From contig CAZLFA010000001.1 of the NCBI GenBank assembly GCA_964558665.1, positions 52,562-116,561 of the forward strand: 64,000 nt of DNA. The letters run 5' to 3'. The position numbers and the translations under genes are program-made. This document shows, in pieces, positions 1 through 9,770 of the stretch; position 1 is the first letter of the stretch; every line of letters begins with the position of its first letter. The stretch comes from an uncultured Syntrophaceae bacterium (GTDB lineage: Bacteria > Desulfobacterota > Syntrophia > Syntrophales > PHBD01). The notes under the pieces are model-generated. The model was given only the letters and a program-made list of their open reading frames with translations, did not search any database and had not been told where the DNA came from.

Positions 1-173
1 TTCCTCAACTCTTCGTCATACAGTTCCATATTGCCCGATGCCTCAAGAATGGCCGCAGGACCTCTTCTGGAGCCGGACCGGTAGGTGGAAGTGAGATCGT
101 AAGGAACAGGAACAACTACGAAAGTTGCCTTTTCTAAAGAAGTGTAATCTATCTCAAGCCCGCCGAAATTCAT
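1..173 (-). CDS. speB: Agmatinase/arginase family protein, N-terminal part (runs off the window edge)
   Basis: Manual translation from ATG at 173: MNFGGLEIDYTSLEKATFVVVPVPYDLTSTYRSGSRRGPAAILEASGNMELYDEEL. The PYD-TS-Y-G-R-GP-AI-AS pattern is the ureohydrolase N-terminus. Not in the ORF track. Confidence 0.85.
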   Translation of the reverse strand, partial: MNFGGLEIDYTSLEKATFVVVPVPYDLTSTYRSGSRRGPAAILEASGNMELYDEELR

Positions 174-271
174 GATTCATCCTTTTGTGTTCAAGGTTTG
201 CCATTACCATACGTTATTGGATATGTCGAGAATTTCTGAAACGCCCCGTATTAAAATAAACCTCTGTGAAA

Positions 272-1060
272 TCAAGCATTATGTTCATGAAAAGCAAGTT
301 CAAACCGGCCGTTGTCATATGACAGATAAGAACGGTGCCTGATCCAGTCACCCAGGGTTGAAAAAATCTTCTGCCTGTTGTTGACTATTATGTTGGTTTT
401 CAGCATCGGCTTGTGTGAGTGGCCGAGAATTATAACGTCGTACCCCTGTTCAAATTTTATCATGGCGAAGGCAAGCATCTTATCGGCAAGAATTTCTTCC
501 TGGTTGTCTGACATGTGCCGGCTTATACTGGAACTGATGCGTGCCGTTGACCAGAGCAGGGAAGACGGCAGCAGCTTCTGCAGCATATAAAAGAATCTGC
601 TGCGGAGCAATCTGCGAAGCGCCATCTGCCCTGAATTTGCCTGATCTATTGTATCACCATGAGCGATCAGGAAGCGTCGGCCGTTAGACACGAATTCAGC
701 CCATTCCTCAAAAACCTCCATGCCCAATTCTTTTGTAAAATAGTCGGTGAGAAAAAAATCATGATTACCTTCGCAAATATGGATATGCACGCCCTGTTTC
801 TTAAGCCTTATCAACTGTTCGATTATCGGTATGAACACGGGGTAGATTTTATCTTTTTTGCAAAACCAGAAGTCAAAAAAATCACCGAGAATAAAAAGGT
901 TATCCAGTAGAATAGGCCCGACATCTGACCGTTCAGGGCTTGGATGCCAGGCGTCCCTGGAATCGAGATGCTTGAGTCTACCTAAAAAACTTACAAGAGA
1001 ATTATAGTTAGCGTCATTTTTTCTCCTGATGTGGGCGTCGGATAAAAAGATGGCTTTCAT
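272..1060 (-). CDS. lpxH: UDP-2,3-diacylglucosamine diphosphatase (LpxH-like metallophosphoesterase)
   Basis: Motifs LSDAH, GDFFD, GNHD, HGD, GHSH, LGDW. Likely start MKAIF at 1060. Confidence 0.75.
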   Translation of the reverse strand: MKAIFLSDAHIRRKNDANYNSLVSFLGRLKHLDSRDAWHPSPERSDVGPILLDNLFILGDFFDFWFCKKDKIYPVFIPIIEQLIRLKKQGVHIHICEGNHDFFLTDYFTKELGMEVFEEWAEFVSNGRRFLIAHGDTIDQANSGQMALRRLLRSRFFYMLQKLLPSSLLWSTARISSSISRHMSDNQEEILADKMLAFAMIKFEQGYDVIILGHSHKPMLKTNIIVNNRQKIFSTLGDWIRHRSYLSYDNGRFELAFHEHNA

Positions 1061-1247
1061 GTGTTTCTGTCGCTTTCTGCTGTAGGTGGGGGTTATTAGC
1101 ATAAAAAAATGTCAACCAAAAGGATTAAATGAAGAAAGGATATTTGTTCAATATATTGATCATCGTCTTTTAAAGCGTTGACAATACCTTTCTTCTTTCG
1201 GTACAAGAAAAACTGTTCCTCCAATTCAGGCAAAACGGGAGAATGCG

Positions 1248-1925
1248 TTGATGAAGGGTACATTTGCCAATACAGGGGCAATTATTGCCGGAAGCATTAT
1301 CGGCATGCTGGCCGGTACGCGCCTGCCGGAAAGAGTCAAAACCATTATTATGCAGGCCCTGGGGCTGTCAGTTGTGCTCATTGGTCTCCAAATGGCCATA
1401 TCCGGCAAGGAAATCATTGCCGTTGTCGGGTGCCTCCTGCTGGGAGCAATAACAGGAGAATTCCTGAATATTGAAAGGCATGTTGAATCTGTCGGTGAAT
1501 GGTTGAAGTTGCGATTCAGATCGGGATCATCAACCTTTGTTCAGGGATTTGTTTCAGCATCGATCCTTTATGTGACCGGCGCCATGGTGATTGTCGGTTC
1601 TATTCAGGACGGCACTACCGGTGATGCTACGACGCTTTATATAAAATCAATTCTTGACGGCGTCGCGTCGATAGCCTTTGCCTCGACATTGGGTGTGGGG
1701 GTAGCTTTCTCGGCTCTTGCTGTTTTATTGGTACAGGGAGCAATTACACTCCTGGCGTCTCAACTGCTGTTTCTTCAGAGTCCTGCCGTTCTTGGTGCGG
1801 TTACTTCTACCGGAGGATTGCTTATTCTGGGTATCGGTTTTAATATCCTGGAAGTCACCCGGATTCGTATCGGAAATCTGCTGCCGGCGCTGGTATATGC
1901 GATTATTTGGGCTGTATATTTTTGA
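1248..1925 (+). CDS. DUF554 family membrane protein (YdfK/YqgA-like)
   Basis: GTFANTGAIIAGS N-terminus, KSILDG motif, multiple hydrophobic helices. Confidence 0.85.
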   Translation: MMKGTFANTGAIIAGSIIGMLAGTRLPERVKTIIMQALGLSVVLIGLQMAISGKEIIAVVGCLLLGAITGEFLNIERHVESVGEWLKLRFRSGSSTFVQGFVSASILYVTGAMVIVGSIQDGTTGDATTLYIKSILDGVASIAFASTLGVGVAFSALAVLLVQGAITLLASQLLFLQSPAVLGAVTSTGGLLILGIGFNILEVTRIRIGNLLPALVYAIIWAVYF

Positions 1926-1965
1926 TAAGATTTAATCATTATTCTGCATGGAAAGGAGTTACCAT

Positions 1966-2775
1966 ATGACAAGCAAATATCCCTTTTTCGAGATAGAGAA
2001 GCATCCTGATCACAAGACAGCCGTTTTGTATCTCAACAGGCCAGATAAGCTGAATGCCATGAACTGGCCTTTCTGGAGTGATCTGCCCCTCGTGATGGAA
2101 GATCTGGAAAATGATCCGGACGTAATGGCGGTTGTTGTCGCGGGCCGAGGAAAATCCTTCAGTGTGGGAATCGATGTCTTTGAATTCTTTACAACCAACC
2201 TTGAAGTGTTGACGGGATCGACGCCGGAATTGCGGGAAAAACTGTACAAACTTCTTCTAAAAATGCAGGAAGGATTTAATTGCATGGCGGAAGGGAGCAA
2301 TATTTACATAGCGGCACTTCACCGGCACTGCATAGGAGCCGGTCTGGATCTGGCATCCGCGTGCGATCTTCGTCTGGCATCAAAGGATACTATCTTTTCG
2401 CTTCGTGAAACAAGAATCGCCATTGTTGCCGACATGGGAAGCCTGAACCGCCTGCCTCAGATTATCGGTCAGGGCAACACAAGAATGCTTGCCTATACGG
2501 GTCGTGATGTCTCTGCTGAGGAAGCCCTTCGCATTGGGCTCATAAATGAGATTTATGACAATCAGGAAACGATGATGAACGGCGCCCTGAAACTTGCCGC
2601 GGAAATAACCGCCAACGCAGAACCTGCTGTCAGGGGAACCAAAAAGATTCTCAACTACATGGAAAACCACAGTGTGGATGACGGCCTGAAGTTTGTCGCC
2701 GCCTGGAATGCGGCATTTCTGAATACCAGGGAGATTCAGGAGGCGTTTCAGAAGAGTATGGGTAAAGCCAAATGA
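1966..2775 (+). CDS. Enoyl-CoA hydratase/crotonase family protein
   Basis: LNRPDKLNAM, FSVGID, CIGAGLDL..ACD, ADMGSLNRLP motifs. RBS AGGAG precedes ATG 1966. Confidence 0.9.
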   Translation: MTSKYPFFEIEKHPDHKTAVLYLNRPDKLNAMNWPFWSDLPLVMEDLENDPDVMAVVVAGRGKSFSVGIDVFEFFTTNLEVLTGSTPELREKLYKLLLKMQEGFNCMAEGSNIYIAALHRHCIGAGLDLASACDLRLASKDTIFSLRETRIAIVADMGSLNRLPQIIGQGNTRMLAYTGRDVSAEEALRIGLINEIYDNQETMMNGALKLAAEITANAEPAVRGTKKILNYMENHSVDDGLKFVAAWNAAFLNTREIQEAFQKSMGKAK

Positions 2776-2777
2776 AT

Positions 2778-3269
2778 TTATTTATCAAGGAGGAGTTCGA
2801 ACTCCTGCTCGACCATTCTTTTACCCCAGTGGGCATCCTCCTGTTGTGAACTGAGCCGGAAGCCGAATTTTTCATAGAGATGGCGAGCCTTGTCCAGGCC
2901 GTCGAAAGTCGTCAGATAAACCCGCTGAAAAGATGTTCTCCTGCAGAAATCAAAGGCTTCCTGCATCAGCATATTCCCGAGCCCCAGGCCCTGGAACGCA
3001 TGATCGATGATAAACCAGCGAAGACGCGCCTCCTTGTTCACAACGTGACCGACTATTGCTATCGAGCCGATTATCCGGTCACCATGTGTCGCTATCCAGA
3101 ATCCGTCGTGTGTTATATCGAAATTGTTCAGGAAGGCAGACAGTTCGGTGGCCACTTTTGCTTCAAAGAAAAGATCAAAGCCCCAATACTCATTGTAATA
3201 AACACCGTGCATCTCTGCAATCCGGCCGATCGCTCCCGGCCTGTAGCCGTAGGAAATCTGGTAATTCAT
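2778..3269 (-). CDS. GNAT family N-acetyltransferase
   Basis: LRWFIIDHAFQGLGLG acetyl-CoA motif and ARHLYEKFGF. Likely start MNYQ at 3269. Confidence 0.85.
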   Translation of the reverse strand: MNYQISYGYRPGAIGRIAEMHGVYYNEYWGFDLFFEAKVATELSAFLNNFDITHDGFWIATHGDRIIGSIAIVGHVVNKEARLRWFIIDHAFQGLGLGNMLMQEAFDFCRRTSFQRVYLTTFDGLDKARHLYEKFGFRLSSQQEDAHWGKRMVEQEFELLLDK

Positions 3270-3331
3270 TATGCGAAAACCCGGGTTGGTATGGTTATCG
3301 GTTTTCCAATGCTGAAACGCTTCAAAGATAC

Positions 3332-3829
3332 TTAAAGCATTCTCTGCATCAGGACCACATCGAAAATGCGGCCGTTTTTCATCCCTATTTCCCGCAGCCT
3401 GCCGCATTCACAAAAACCGTTCCTGCCGTGAAACGCGATACTCTCGGCATTCAGAGAGGAGATTCTTGCCAGAAGCGAGGTTATTCCCCGCAGTTTTGCG
3501 CCGTCGACAAGGTATGACAGCAGGGATGTGCCTATGCCAAGTCTCGTGTATCCGGGCATAAGAAAATATGTAATGGCGGCAACCCGTGAAAAAGCCGGCA
3601 GCGGATTGTGAGGGCGGAGCATTCCGAAACCGATTGTCCTGTTGTCTTTTCCTTTTACGGCGACAGCAGGAAACCCTTCGCACATCTTTAAAAGCTGGTC
3701 AAAGAATTCGTCGGAAACTCTGTTCTCGGGAAATGCGGCAAATGAGTTGTCCACATAATAGTTGAAGATATTGATGACGGCTTCGCGATCAGCCGATGAC
3801 AAAGGGATAAGTTGATAGTTCGCGTTCAT
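3332..3829 (-). CDS. GNAT N-acetyltransferase, phosphinothricin/methionine-sulfoximine (YncA/MddA)-like
   Basis: IFNYYV, TRLGIG, NAESIAFH..GF..CGRL..IG.K.G...DV motifs. Confidence 0.8.
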   Translation of the reverse strand: MNANYQLIPLSSADREAVINIFNYYVDNSFAAFPENRVSDEFFDQLLKMCEGFPAVAVKGKDNRTIGFGMLRPHNPLPAFSRVAAITYFLMPGYTRLGIGTSLLSYLVDGAKLRGITSLLARISSLNAESIAFHGRNGFCECGRLREIGMKNGRIFDVVLMQRML

Positions 3830-3976
3830 TGGTGCTCCATTTCAAGCAATGATCTGTCCACTCGCAGTTGCAGGGAGAGCGGTTTGTAGAAATCATGTCA
3901 ACTGCATTGTTGCAAATATAAAATTTGTTTATTATGTTTGTCAATAAAAGAGGCATAAAGATGAGGTGTATTTTGC

Positions 3977-4483
3977 ATGAATATTAAAAACAAGCCTTTC
4001 ATTATCGGCATCATGGGAAGCCGTAAGGGAGATCACGCCGTGATGGCGGAGGCCAGGATGCTGGGAGAGGCTGTCGCGCAGAGAGGATATGTCCTGGTAA
4101 CAGGCGGGGGACCCGGTGTCATGAAGGCGGCATCTGAAGGAGCTCATCTGGCCGGCGGTTTGGTAATCGGAATTCTTCCTAACGACAGAACCCGCCCCCT
4201 TGAAGGATACCCTAATGAATATGTCGATATTCCGGTCTATACGGGAATGTCCGATGCCCGGAACTCCATTAATGCGAGAACGCCTCATGTTGTTGTTGCC
4301 TTGAGCGGCGGCGCCGGCACTGTTTCTGAAATTGCGCTGGCGCTGAAAGCCGGCACCCCGGTGATCAGCCTGCGCGGACCTTTATTGGAGGTGCCTGATT
4401 ATTACGACTATATCACCGTGGATACTGTGGAAGACGTGCTTGCCGAAATTGATAAACGGATCAGCAGGCTTAAGGGAGGTTGA
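3977..4483 (+). CDS. LOG/TIGR00725 family protein
   Basis: TGGGPGVMKAA, VIGILP, TGM..ARN, GGAGTVSEIA motifs. Confidence 0.85.
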   Translation: MNIKNKPFIIGIMGSRKGDHAVMAEARMLGEAVAQRGYVLVTGGGPGVMKAASEGAHLAGGLVIGILPNDRTRPLEGYPNEYVDIPVYTGMSDARNSINARTPHVVVALSGGAGTVSEIALALKAGTPVISLRGPLLEVPDYYDYITVDTVEDVLAEIDKRISRLKGG

Positions 4484-6532
4484 TTATTCAAAGACAACGG
4501 GCTCGCGCAGTATCAGCTCCCTTGCCTTGGCTGCCAGGCCGGCCGTTTCAGGATGCGTATCCTTCAGCGATGCTATCTGGCGCAGATTGTCGGCTGTTCT
4601 CAGCACAAGCATTGCCATGTCCCCGTCGGTGATGCCCGCTCTGCCTGTTATGTCATCCCATCTTCCGCCTCTCGACCAGTCGTATATGACATATGCAGGC
4701 CAGAAATACTGGCGCTTGACTGTAAACCCTGCCGTCCTCATCCTGCTCATCAATGGTTTGATAACGGAAAGTGCTCTGGTTACCGCCTGGCGAAGCCTGC
4801 GGGAGACTCTTTTCTCGGGTATCGATATATCCTGATCTCCGTCGTAAACAAAAGGCGCTACGACCGCTGCCAGAAGCATGGCATCCGATTTCGGAAAGGC
4901 TTCTTGCCTCAGGCATTCGGCAATTATCAGGGGTTCATCAAGCCTCAATTTTGAGGTCCAGATGCCGGTCTCCGTCAGGCGATCATGTTCATCGACAAAA
5001 CCCTCTCTCTTGAGAAAATCCAGATGCCTGCAGAAATCATCCCACAGTCCCCTTCCCTGTTTTTTACTTATCTGTGCCGCCTGATATGCGGCCAGCGATT
5101 TTTCGAAAATACCCCTGATATCCTCCGGGGTCTGTGAAAGCAGGAGATTGAGCGCCATGGAGAAATCGTTGCGTATCATGCTTTCAATATCTTCAGGTTT
5201 GCGGAAGAGGAGCTTTCTGATGTGATTGATGTCCATGAAGCGTCCGGGCATGGTGACCAGAAAGCCGATTTTATCCTGTCCTCTTCTTCCCGCCCGCCCC
5301 GTCATCTGGTGAAATTCGACGCCTGTCAACGGACTGAACTCGCTTCCGTTGAACAGGTCGGAATTGAAAAGAACAATAGTCCTGGCGGGAAAATTAACCC
5401 CTGCAGCAACAGTAGACGTGGCAAATATTGCGTCAAGATGACCGCGTTTCATCATGTTTTCCACAAAGAATTTCCAGGCAGGCAGCTGACCTCCATGATG
5501 TGCAGCTACGCGATTCCTTGTAAGATAATGGAGCTGTTTATGAGACTGGATATATGGAAACCTGCTTAAGATTTCTTCCAGGTCGTACCCGAAGACATCG
5601 TCCTCAACATCTCTGGCGGCCGGATTGCAGCTTTTGAGAGCAGCATCGCATTCGGCGCGAGATTTAAGAAAAAAAATGGCCGGCAGCAGATTGTATCTTT
5701 TCAACACCCCGACAATGTCCCCGAAGTGGGGGGGGCGATGGTATTTTCCTTTGGTCTGAATAAACTCCTTCAGCCGGTTGAACAGTTTGTTCTGTTCGAG
5801 AAAAGGCATCAGTCTGCCCGAAGGATGAAGAAACAGAGGGTACAGGGGCACGGGTCGTTTCTCCTCGCGAATAACCAGGCAGTTTTTGCCCCTCAGACCG
5901 GCAAGCCACGAAGCTATCTCTTCACCGTTGCCTATCGTTGCAGAAAGCAGCAGCAGGTTGATTCTTGCAGGCAGATAGATCATTATCTCTTCCCACACCA
6001 CTCCCCGGTCTCTGTCCCCAAGGTAATGCGCCTCGTCGAGAATCACGAGATCGCATGCCAGGTCTTCACCCTTATGCATGGCGTCATAGAGCTGATTTCT
6101 CAGTATCTCGGTCGTTCCGACAATGATCGGGGCTTCGGGGTTCTCCTTGGTATCTCCGGTTAAAATGCCGACATTTTCCATGTTGAAGTGATTGCCGAAT
6201 TCAACCCATTTGGCGTTGGTCAGGGCTTTCAAAGGAGATGCATACCAGCATCTTCCCCCTCTCCTGAATACGGAAAGGATGGCCTGTTCGGCTATCCAGG
6301 TCTTACCCGATCCGGTAGGAGCGATGACGAGACAGTCGGCCTTGTAAATTGCCTCCAGAGCGCGCAACTGAAAGTCGTCGGGTATAAAAGGTGTCTCTGC
6401 AGGCCGGCCGATGCGCGAAAAAACGCCTTTGAGCATCGGTTCGGCTTCCGGGCGCATTCGCAAATGCGCGGCGGGTTTGTGGGCATGGTGTAATCTTCGC
6501 GCCGAAGGTTTTCTGGGGTAGTGGTGCTGCAT
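4484..6532 (-). CDS. Ski2/HelY-like DEAH-box SF2 helicase
   Basis: APTGSGKT, PLKAL.N.K, DEAH, LSAT, HHGG, TSTVAAGVNFPAR, QMTGRAGRRG. True start may be somewhat downstream. Confidence 0.85.
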   Translation of the reverse strand: MQHHYPRKPSARRLHHAHKPAAHLRMRPEAEPMLKGVFSRIGRPAETPFIPDDFQLRALEAIYKADCLVIAPTGSGKTWIAEQAILSVFRRGGRCWYASPLKALTNAKWVEFGNHFNMENVGILTGDTKENPEAPIIVGTTEILRNQLYDAMHKGEDLACDLVILDEAHYLGDRDRGVVWEEIMIYLPARINLLLLSATIGNGEEIASWLAGLRGKNCLVIREEKRPVPLYPLFLHPSGRLMPFLEQNKLFNRLKEFIQTKGKYHRPPHFGDIVGVLKRYNLLPAIFFLKSRAECDAALKSCNPAARDVEDDVFGYDLEEILSRFPYIQSHKQLHYLTRNRVAAHHGGQLPAWKFFVENMMKRGHLDAIFATSTVAAGVNFPARTIVLFNSDLFNGSEFSPLTGVEFHQMTGRAGRRGQDKIGFLVTMPGRFMDINHIRKLLFRKPEDIESMIRNDFSMALNLLLSQTPEDIRGIFEKSLAAYQAAQISKKQGRGLWDDFCRHLDFLKREGFVDEHDRLTETGIWTSKLRLDEPLIIAECLRQEAFPKSDAMLLAAVVAPFVYDGDQDISIPEKRVSRRLRQAVTRALSVIKPLMSRMRTAGFTVKRQYFWPAYVIYDWSRGGRWDDITGRAGITDGDMAMLVLRTADNLRQIASLKDTHPETAGLAAKARELILREPVVFE

Positions 6533-6597
6533 AGTAATTTTTTAGCATAGAATGACCATGCGGTAAAGCTGTAAGGGGCGCAGTCAGGAAATAGGCG

Positions 6598-6626
6598 TTG
6601 ACAAAGGTGAACTCACTCCGTAAGGT
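6598..6626 (+). promoter_or_regulatory. Candidate sigma70 promoter for the MFS-M48 genes
   Basis: TTGACA (6598-6603), 17-bp spacer, TAAGGT (6621-6626). Confidence 0.5.
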
Positions 6627-6656
6627 CTACGCCGTCAATGCATTTTGGGTATATGT

Positions 6657-7952
6657 ATGAGAGATGAAAAGATATTCTGGGGCTGGTACGTAGTGGCCGG
6701 CGCCTTTCTTGTCCTGGGAATCAATTACGGTGTGCGTTACTGTTTCGGCATCTTTTTAAAGCCGATGTCGGAAGAGTACGGATGGTCAAGATCCGTTATT
6801 TCCATTAGCGCGTCGATAAACATGCTCGTCTATTCCGTCGGCGCTGTCTTTGTAGGCAGACTGATAGACAAGATTGCTCCACGATGGATAATAACGACCG
6901 GCGCTCTGGTATTGGCACTGAGTCTCATCTTGACAGCCTTTGTTGAAACGCCTTTACAGTTTTATCTCGTTTATGGTCTGTTATGCGGTGCCGGAGCCTC
7001 GGGCATGAGTGTGGTTGTAGGCAATTCTTCAGTCGGCAAATGGTTCCACCGGAGACGCGGCATGGCGATCGGCATCACGACCATGGGTATAAGCTTCGGA
7101 ACCATAGCATTGACGCCGGTTGCCGGGTATGTGGTAAAGGTCTATTCATGGCAGGTGGGATTCATATTTCTGGGCATCGTTACATTCCTCATAGGTGTTT
7201 CCCTTTCTCAACTGTTGCTGCACAGAACCAATCCCGAAGCTTGCGGGCTGCTTCCGGACGGCGATACAAAGGAACATCCCGCATATAAGGATATCGGCAG
7301 CAGCCCGGATGAGGATACAATATCGCACCGGGATGTCATAAAAGACCCGAGATTCATCATTATCGCCGTAAGTTTCAGTCTGGCGGTCATGGCCCTGATG
7401 TCCGTCTTTGTACATCAGGTGGCATATGCCATGGATCACGGCATTGACAAAATCGCTGCGGCTTCTTCTCTCGGTGCGGTAAGTATGGCCGGATTTGCCG
7501 GGCAGTTCTTTTACGGGTGGATGAGTGACCGGATAAAGGATGCAAAATACTCAGCCAGTCTGGGATTTATTTTCATGGCGGCGGGCATGTGCATACTCAT
7601 TAAGGCCGATTCTATCGACAAGCTGTTTTTGTACGCCGTGGTTTTCGGTTTCGGATACGGCTGCCTTGCGCCGATGTCGCCCATATTGCTTGCCGACAGA
7701 TTTGGAAGGCATGTATTAGGCTCAGTGTACGGTCTGGTGACCTTTTTTATCGGATTAGGAGGAAGCATAGGGCCGATAATGGGTGGATTTATTTATGACC
7801 GGACTGGGTCATACCTGCATGTCTGGCAGTTTAATATCCTGGTTCTGGTCGGCGTTGCCGTTCTTATACTCATGCTGAAACCGGGCGTGAGGCGTGTTTC
7901 TCAATCTCTTCCCGATAAGGGCGACAATAAAGCTGCTGCGGACAGAAAATGA
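6657..7952 (+). CDS. MFS transporter (OFA/MCT-like)
   Basis: About 12 hydrophobic segments, GRLIDKIAPR and GWMSDRIK loop motifs, KWFHRRRGMAIG. Confidence 0.85.
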   Translation: MRDEKIFWGWYVVAGAFLVLGINYGVRYCFGIFLKPMSEEYGWSRSVISISASINMLVYSVGAVFVGRLIDKIAPRWIITTGALVLALSLILTAFVETPLQFYLVYGLLCGAGASGMSVVVGNSSVGKWFHRRRGMAIGITTMGISFGTIALTPVAGYVVKVYSWQVGFIFLGIVTFLIGVSLSQLLLHRTNPEACGLLPDGDTKEHPAYKDIGSSPDEDTISHRDVIKDPRFIIIAVSFSLAVMALMSVFVHQVAYAMDHGIDKIAAASSLGAVSMAGFAGQFFYGWMSDRIKDAKYSASLGFIFMAAGMCILIKADSIDKLFLYAVVFGFGYGCLAPMSPILLADRFGRHVLGSVYGLVTFFIGLGGSIGPIMGGFIYDRTGSYLHVWQFNILVLVGVAVLILMLKPGVRRVSQSLPDKGDNKAAADRK

Positions 7953-9217
7953 TAGAATACAATGCGCTTCTGATATTATTTTTATCTATTTTTGTTTCTT
8001 GCAGTTTCCTGCGATGGCTTCTTAGGCGTATCAATATCCGGCATCTGAGGCGGCATGGAAATGAAGTGCCGGAAGTTTTTATGGGAGAAATTGATGCGGA
8101 TACACTCTCCCGCATGTCGGACTATACAATTGCTTCGTCAGGATTTGCCGCCATTGAAAGCGTTTTCGATGATTTGGCAACCCTTGTCATTCTCCTCAGC
8201 GGATTTTTACCCTGGTTTGCCGCTGCTATAATGTTCTGGCAACTGCACTTCGTTTTCTCCGGCCTGATATTTCTGGGAGGGCTGGCTCTCATCGGCGGCT
8301 TGCTGGAGCTGCCCTTCAATGCCTACAGCACCTTTGTCATTGAAAAACGTTTCGGGTTCAGCACGATCGATTTTAAAACGTGGGTTGCCGATATTTTAAA
8401 GGGAGTTGCCGTTTCCGCGGTCGTTATGACCCTTCTTGCGGGGCTGCTGCTCGCCCTTCTTTACTATGTCCCGCAGACATGGTGGTTCTGGACATGGCTG
8501 GTATTTGCCGCCTTCCAGTTGCTGATGTTATGGCTGTATCCCGTTGTTATTGCGCCCATGTTCAATAAGTATGAACCTGTGAAGGACGAACAGTTGAGGA
8601 ATTCCATCATGGCCATGATGAGCAAGGCGGATTTGAAGATTGAAGGGGTTTATCAGGTTGATGAAGGCAGGAGAAGCAGACATACAAATGCGTATTTTAC
8701 CGGCCTGGGAAAAACCAGGCGCATTGTACTTTATGACACGCTTCTGGTGTCGCATTCCACAGATGAGATTATGGCTGTGCTGGCGCATGAAATCGGACAC
8801 TGGAAAAAGAAGCATATCATAAAGCAGCTTGCCTTTGCGGCGGTTTTCTCGCTGTTGGGCCTGTACATGGCATATCTTTTTATCAACTGGACGCCTCTCT
8901 ATCGCACCTTTGGCTTCCTGCATAACACTTCCTTTATAGGATTGTTCTTACTGGGAGTGCTTGCCGGACCGCTGGTATTTATTCTGACGCCGTTCGGCGC
9001 CGCTATAGCAAGAAAATTCGAAAGGGAGGCCGACGATTTTGCCTTCGGCCTTGTGGGCACTACCAAACCTTTGCAGCAGGCCCTCAAGAGGCTGGCCAGG
9101 GATAATCTTGCCAACCTCCACCCTCATCCCGTCTTCTCCCGGTTTTACTACTCCCATCCGCCTCTGGCTGAACGTATTGCCCGTCTCCAGGCAATGGAGG
9201 CGCAAAATGTCCCTTGA
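7949..9217 (+). CDS. M48 family zinc metalloprotease (Ste24/CAAX protease-like)
   Basis: NAYFTGLG, AHEIGH (HExxH), FEREAD, YSHPP..ERI. Confidence 0.9.
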   Translation: MIEYNALLILFLSIFVSCSFLRWLLRRINIRHLRRHGNEVPEVFMGEIDADTLSRMSDYTIASSGFAAIESVFDDLATLVILLSGFLPWFAAAIMFWQLHFVFSGLIFLGGLALIGGLLELPFNAYSTFVIEKRFGFSTIDFKTWVADILKGVAVSAVVMTLLAGLLLALLYYVPQTWWFWTWLVFAAFQLLMLWLYPVVIAPMFNKYEPVKDEQLRNSIMAMMSKADLKIEGVYQVDEGRRSRHTNAYFTGLGKTRRIVLYDTLLVSHSTDEIMAVLAHEIGHWKKKHIIKQLAFAAVFSLLGLYMAYLFINWTPLYRTFGFLHNTSFIGLFLLGVLAGPLVFILTPFGAAIARKFEREADDFAFGLVGTTKPLQQALKRLARDNLANLHPHPVFSRFYYSHPPLAERIARLQAMEAQNVP

Positions 9218-9275
9218 TTTTTACATGTGGCAATGGTTACAGTAATCCACGAAAGATTTAAAAGAGGACACAATA

Positions 9276-9770
9276 ATGCCTATTTATGAGTTTTATTGCG
9301 GGCGCTGCAACACGATATACAATTTTTTTTCAAAGACCATCAATACAAGCAAGATTCCGAAATGTCCCCGCTGTAAGAGAGTCAAACTGAAACGTCAGAT
9401 GTCCGTGTTTGCAAAAATCAGCGGAAGCAGAGAAGACACTGCCGTTGACGATTTCATGCCCCCTGTCGATGAAGCGAAAATGGAGAAGGCTATGGCCATG
9501 CTGACCAGAGAGGCTGAGAATATAAACGAAGACGATCCGCGTCAGGCAGCGGAACTGATGCGCAAACTGTCCGATGCTACCGGCATGAAGCTGGGTTCGG
9601 GGATGGAAGAGGCTTTAAGGCGTCTTGAAAAAGGTGAAGACCCGGAAAAGATTGAACAGGAAATGGGTGATCTCCTGGAGGGTGAGGAACCCTTTATAAT
9701 AGATGCGAAAGGTGTTAAAGCGCAGAGAGTAAAAAGACCGCAGATCGACGAGACGCTGTATGATCTGTGA
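9276..9770 (+). CDS. FmdB family zinc-ribbon protein with C-terminal extension
   Basis: MPIYEFYCGRC...CPRC N-terminus. Confidence 0.8.
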   Translation: MPIYEFYCGRCNTIYNFFSKTINTSKIPKCPRCKRVKLKRQMSVFAKISGSREDTAVDDFMPPVDEAKMEKAMAMLTREAENINEDDPRQAAELMRKLSDATGMKLGSGMEEALRRLEKGEDPEKIEQEMGDLLEGEEPFIIDAKGVKAQRVKRPQIDETLYDL

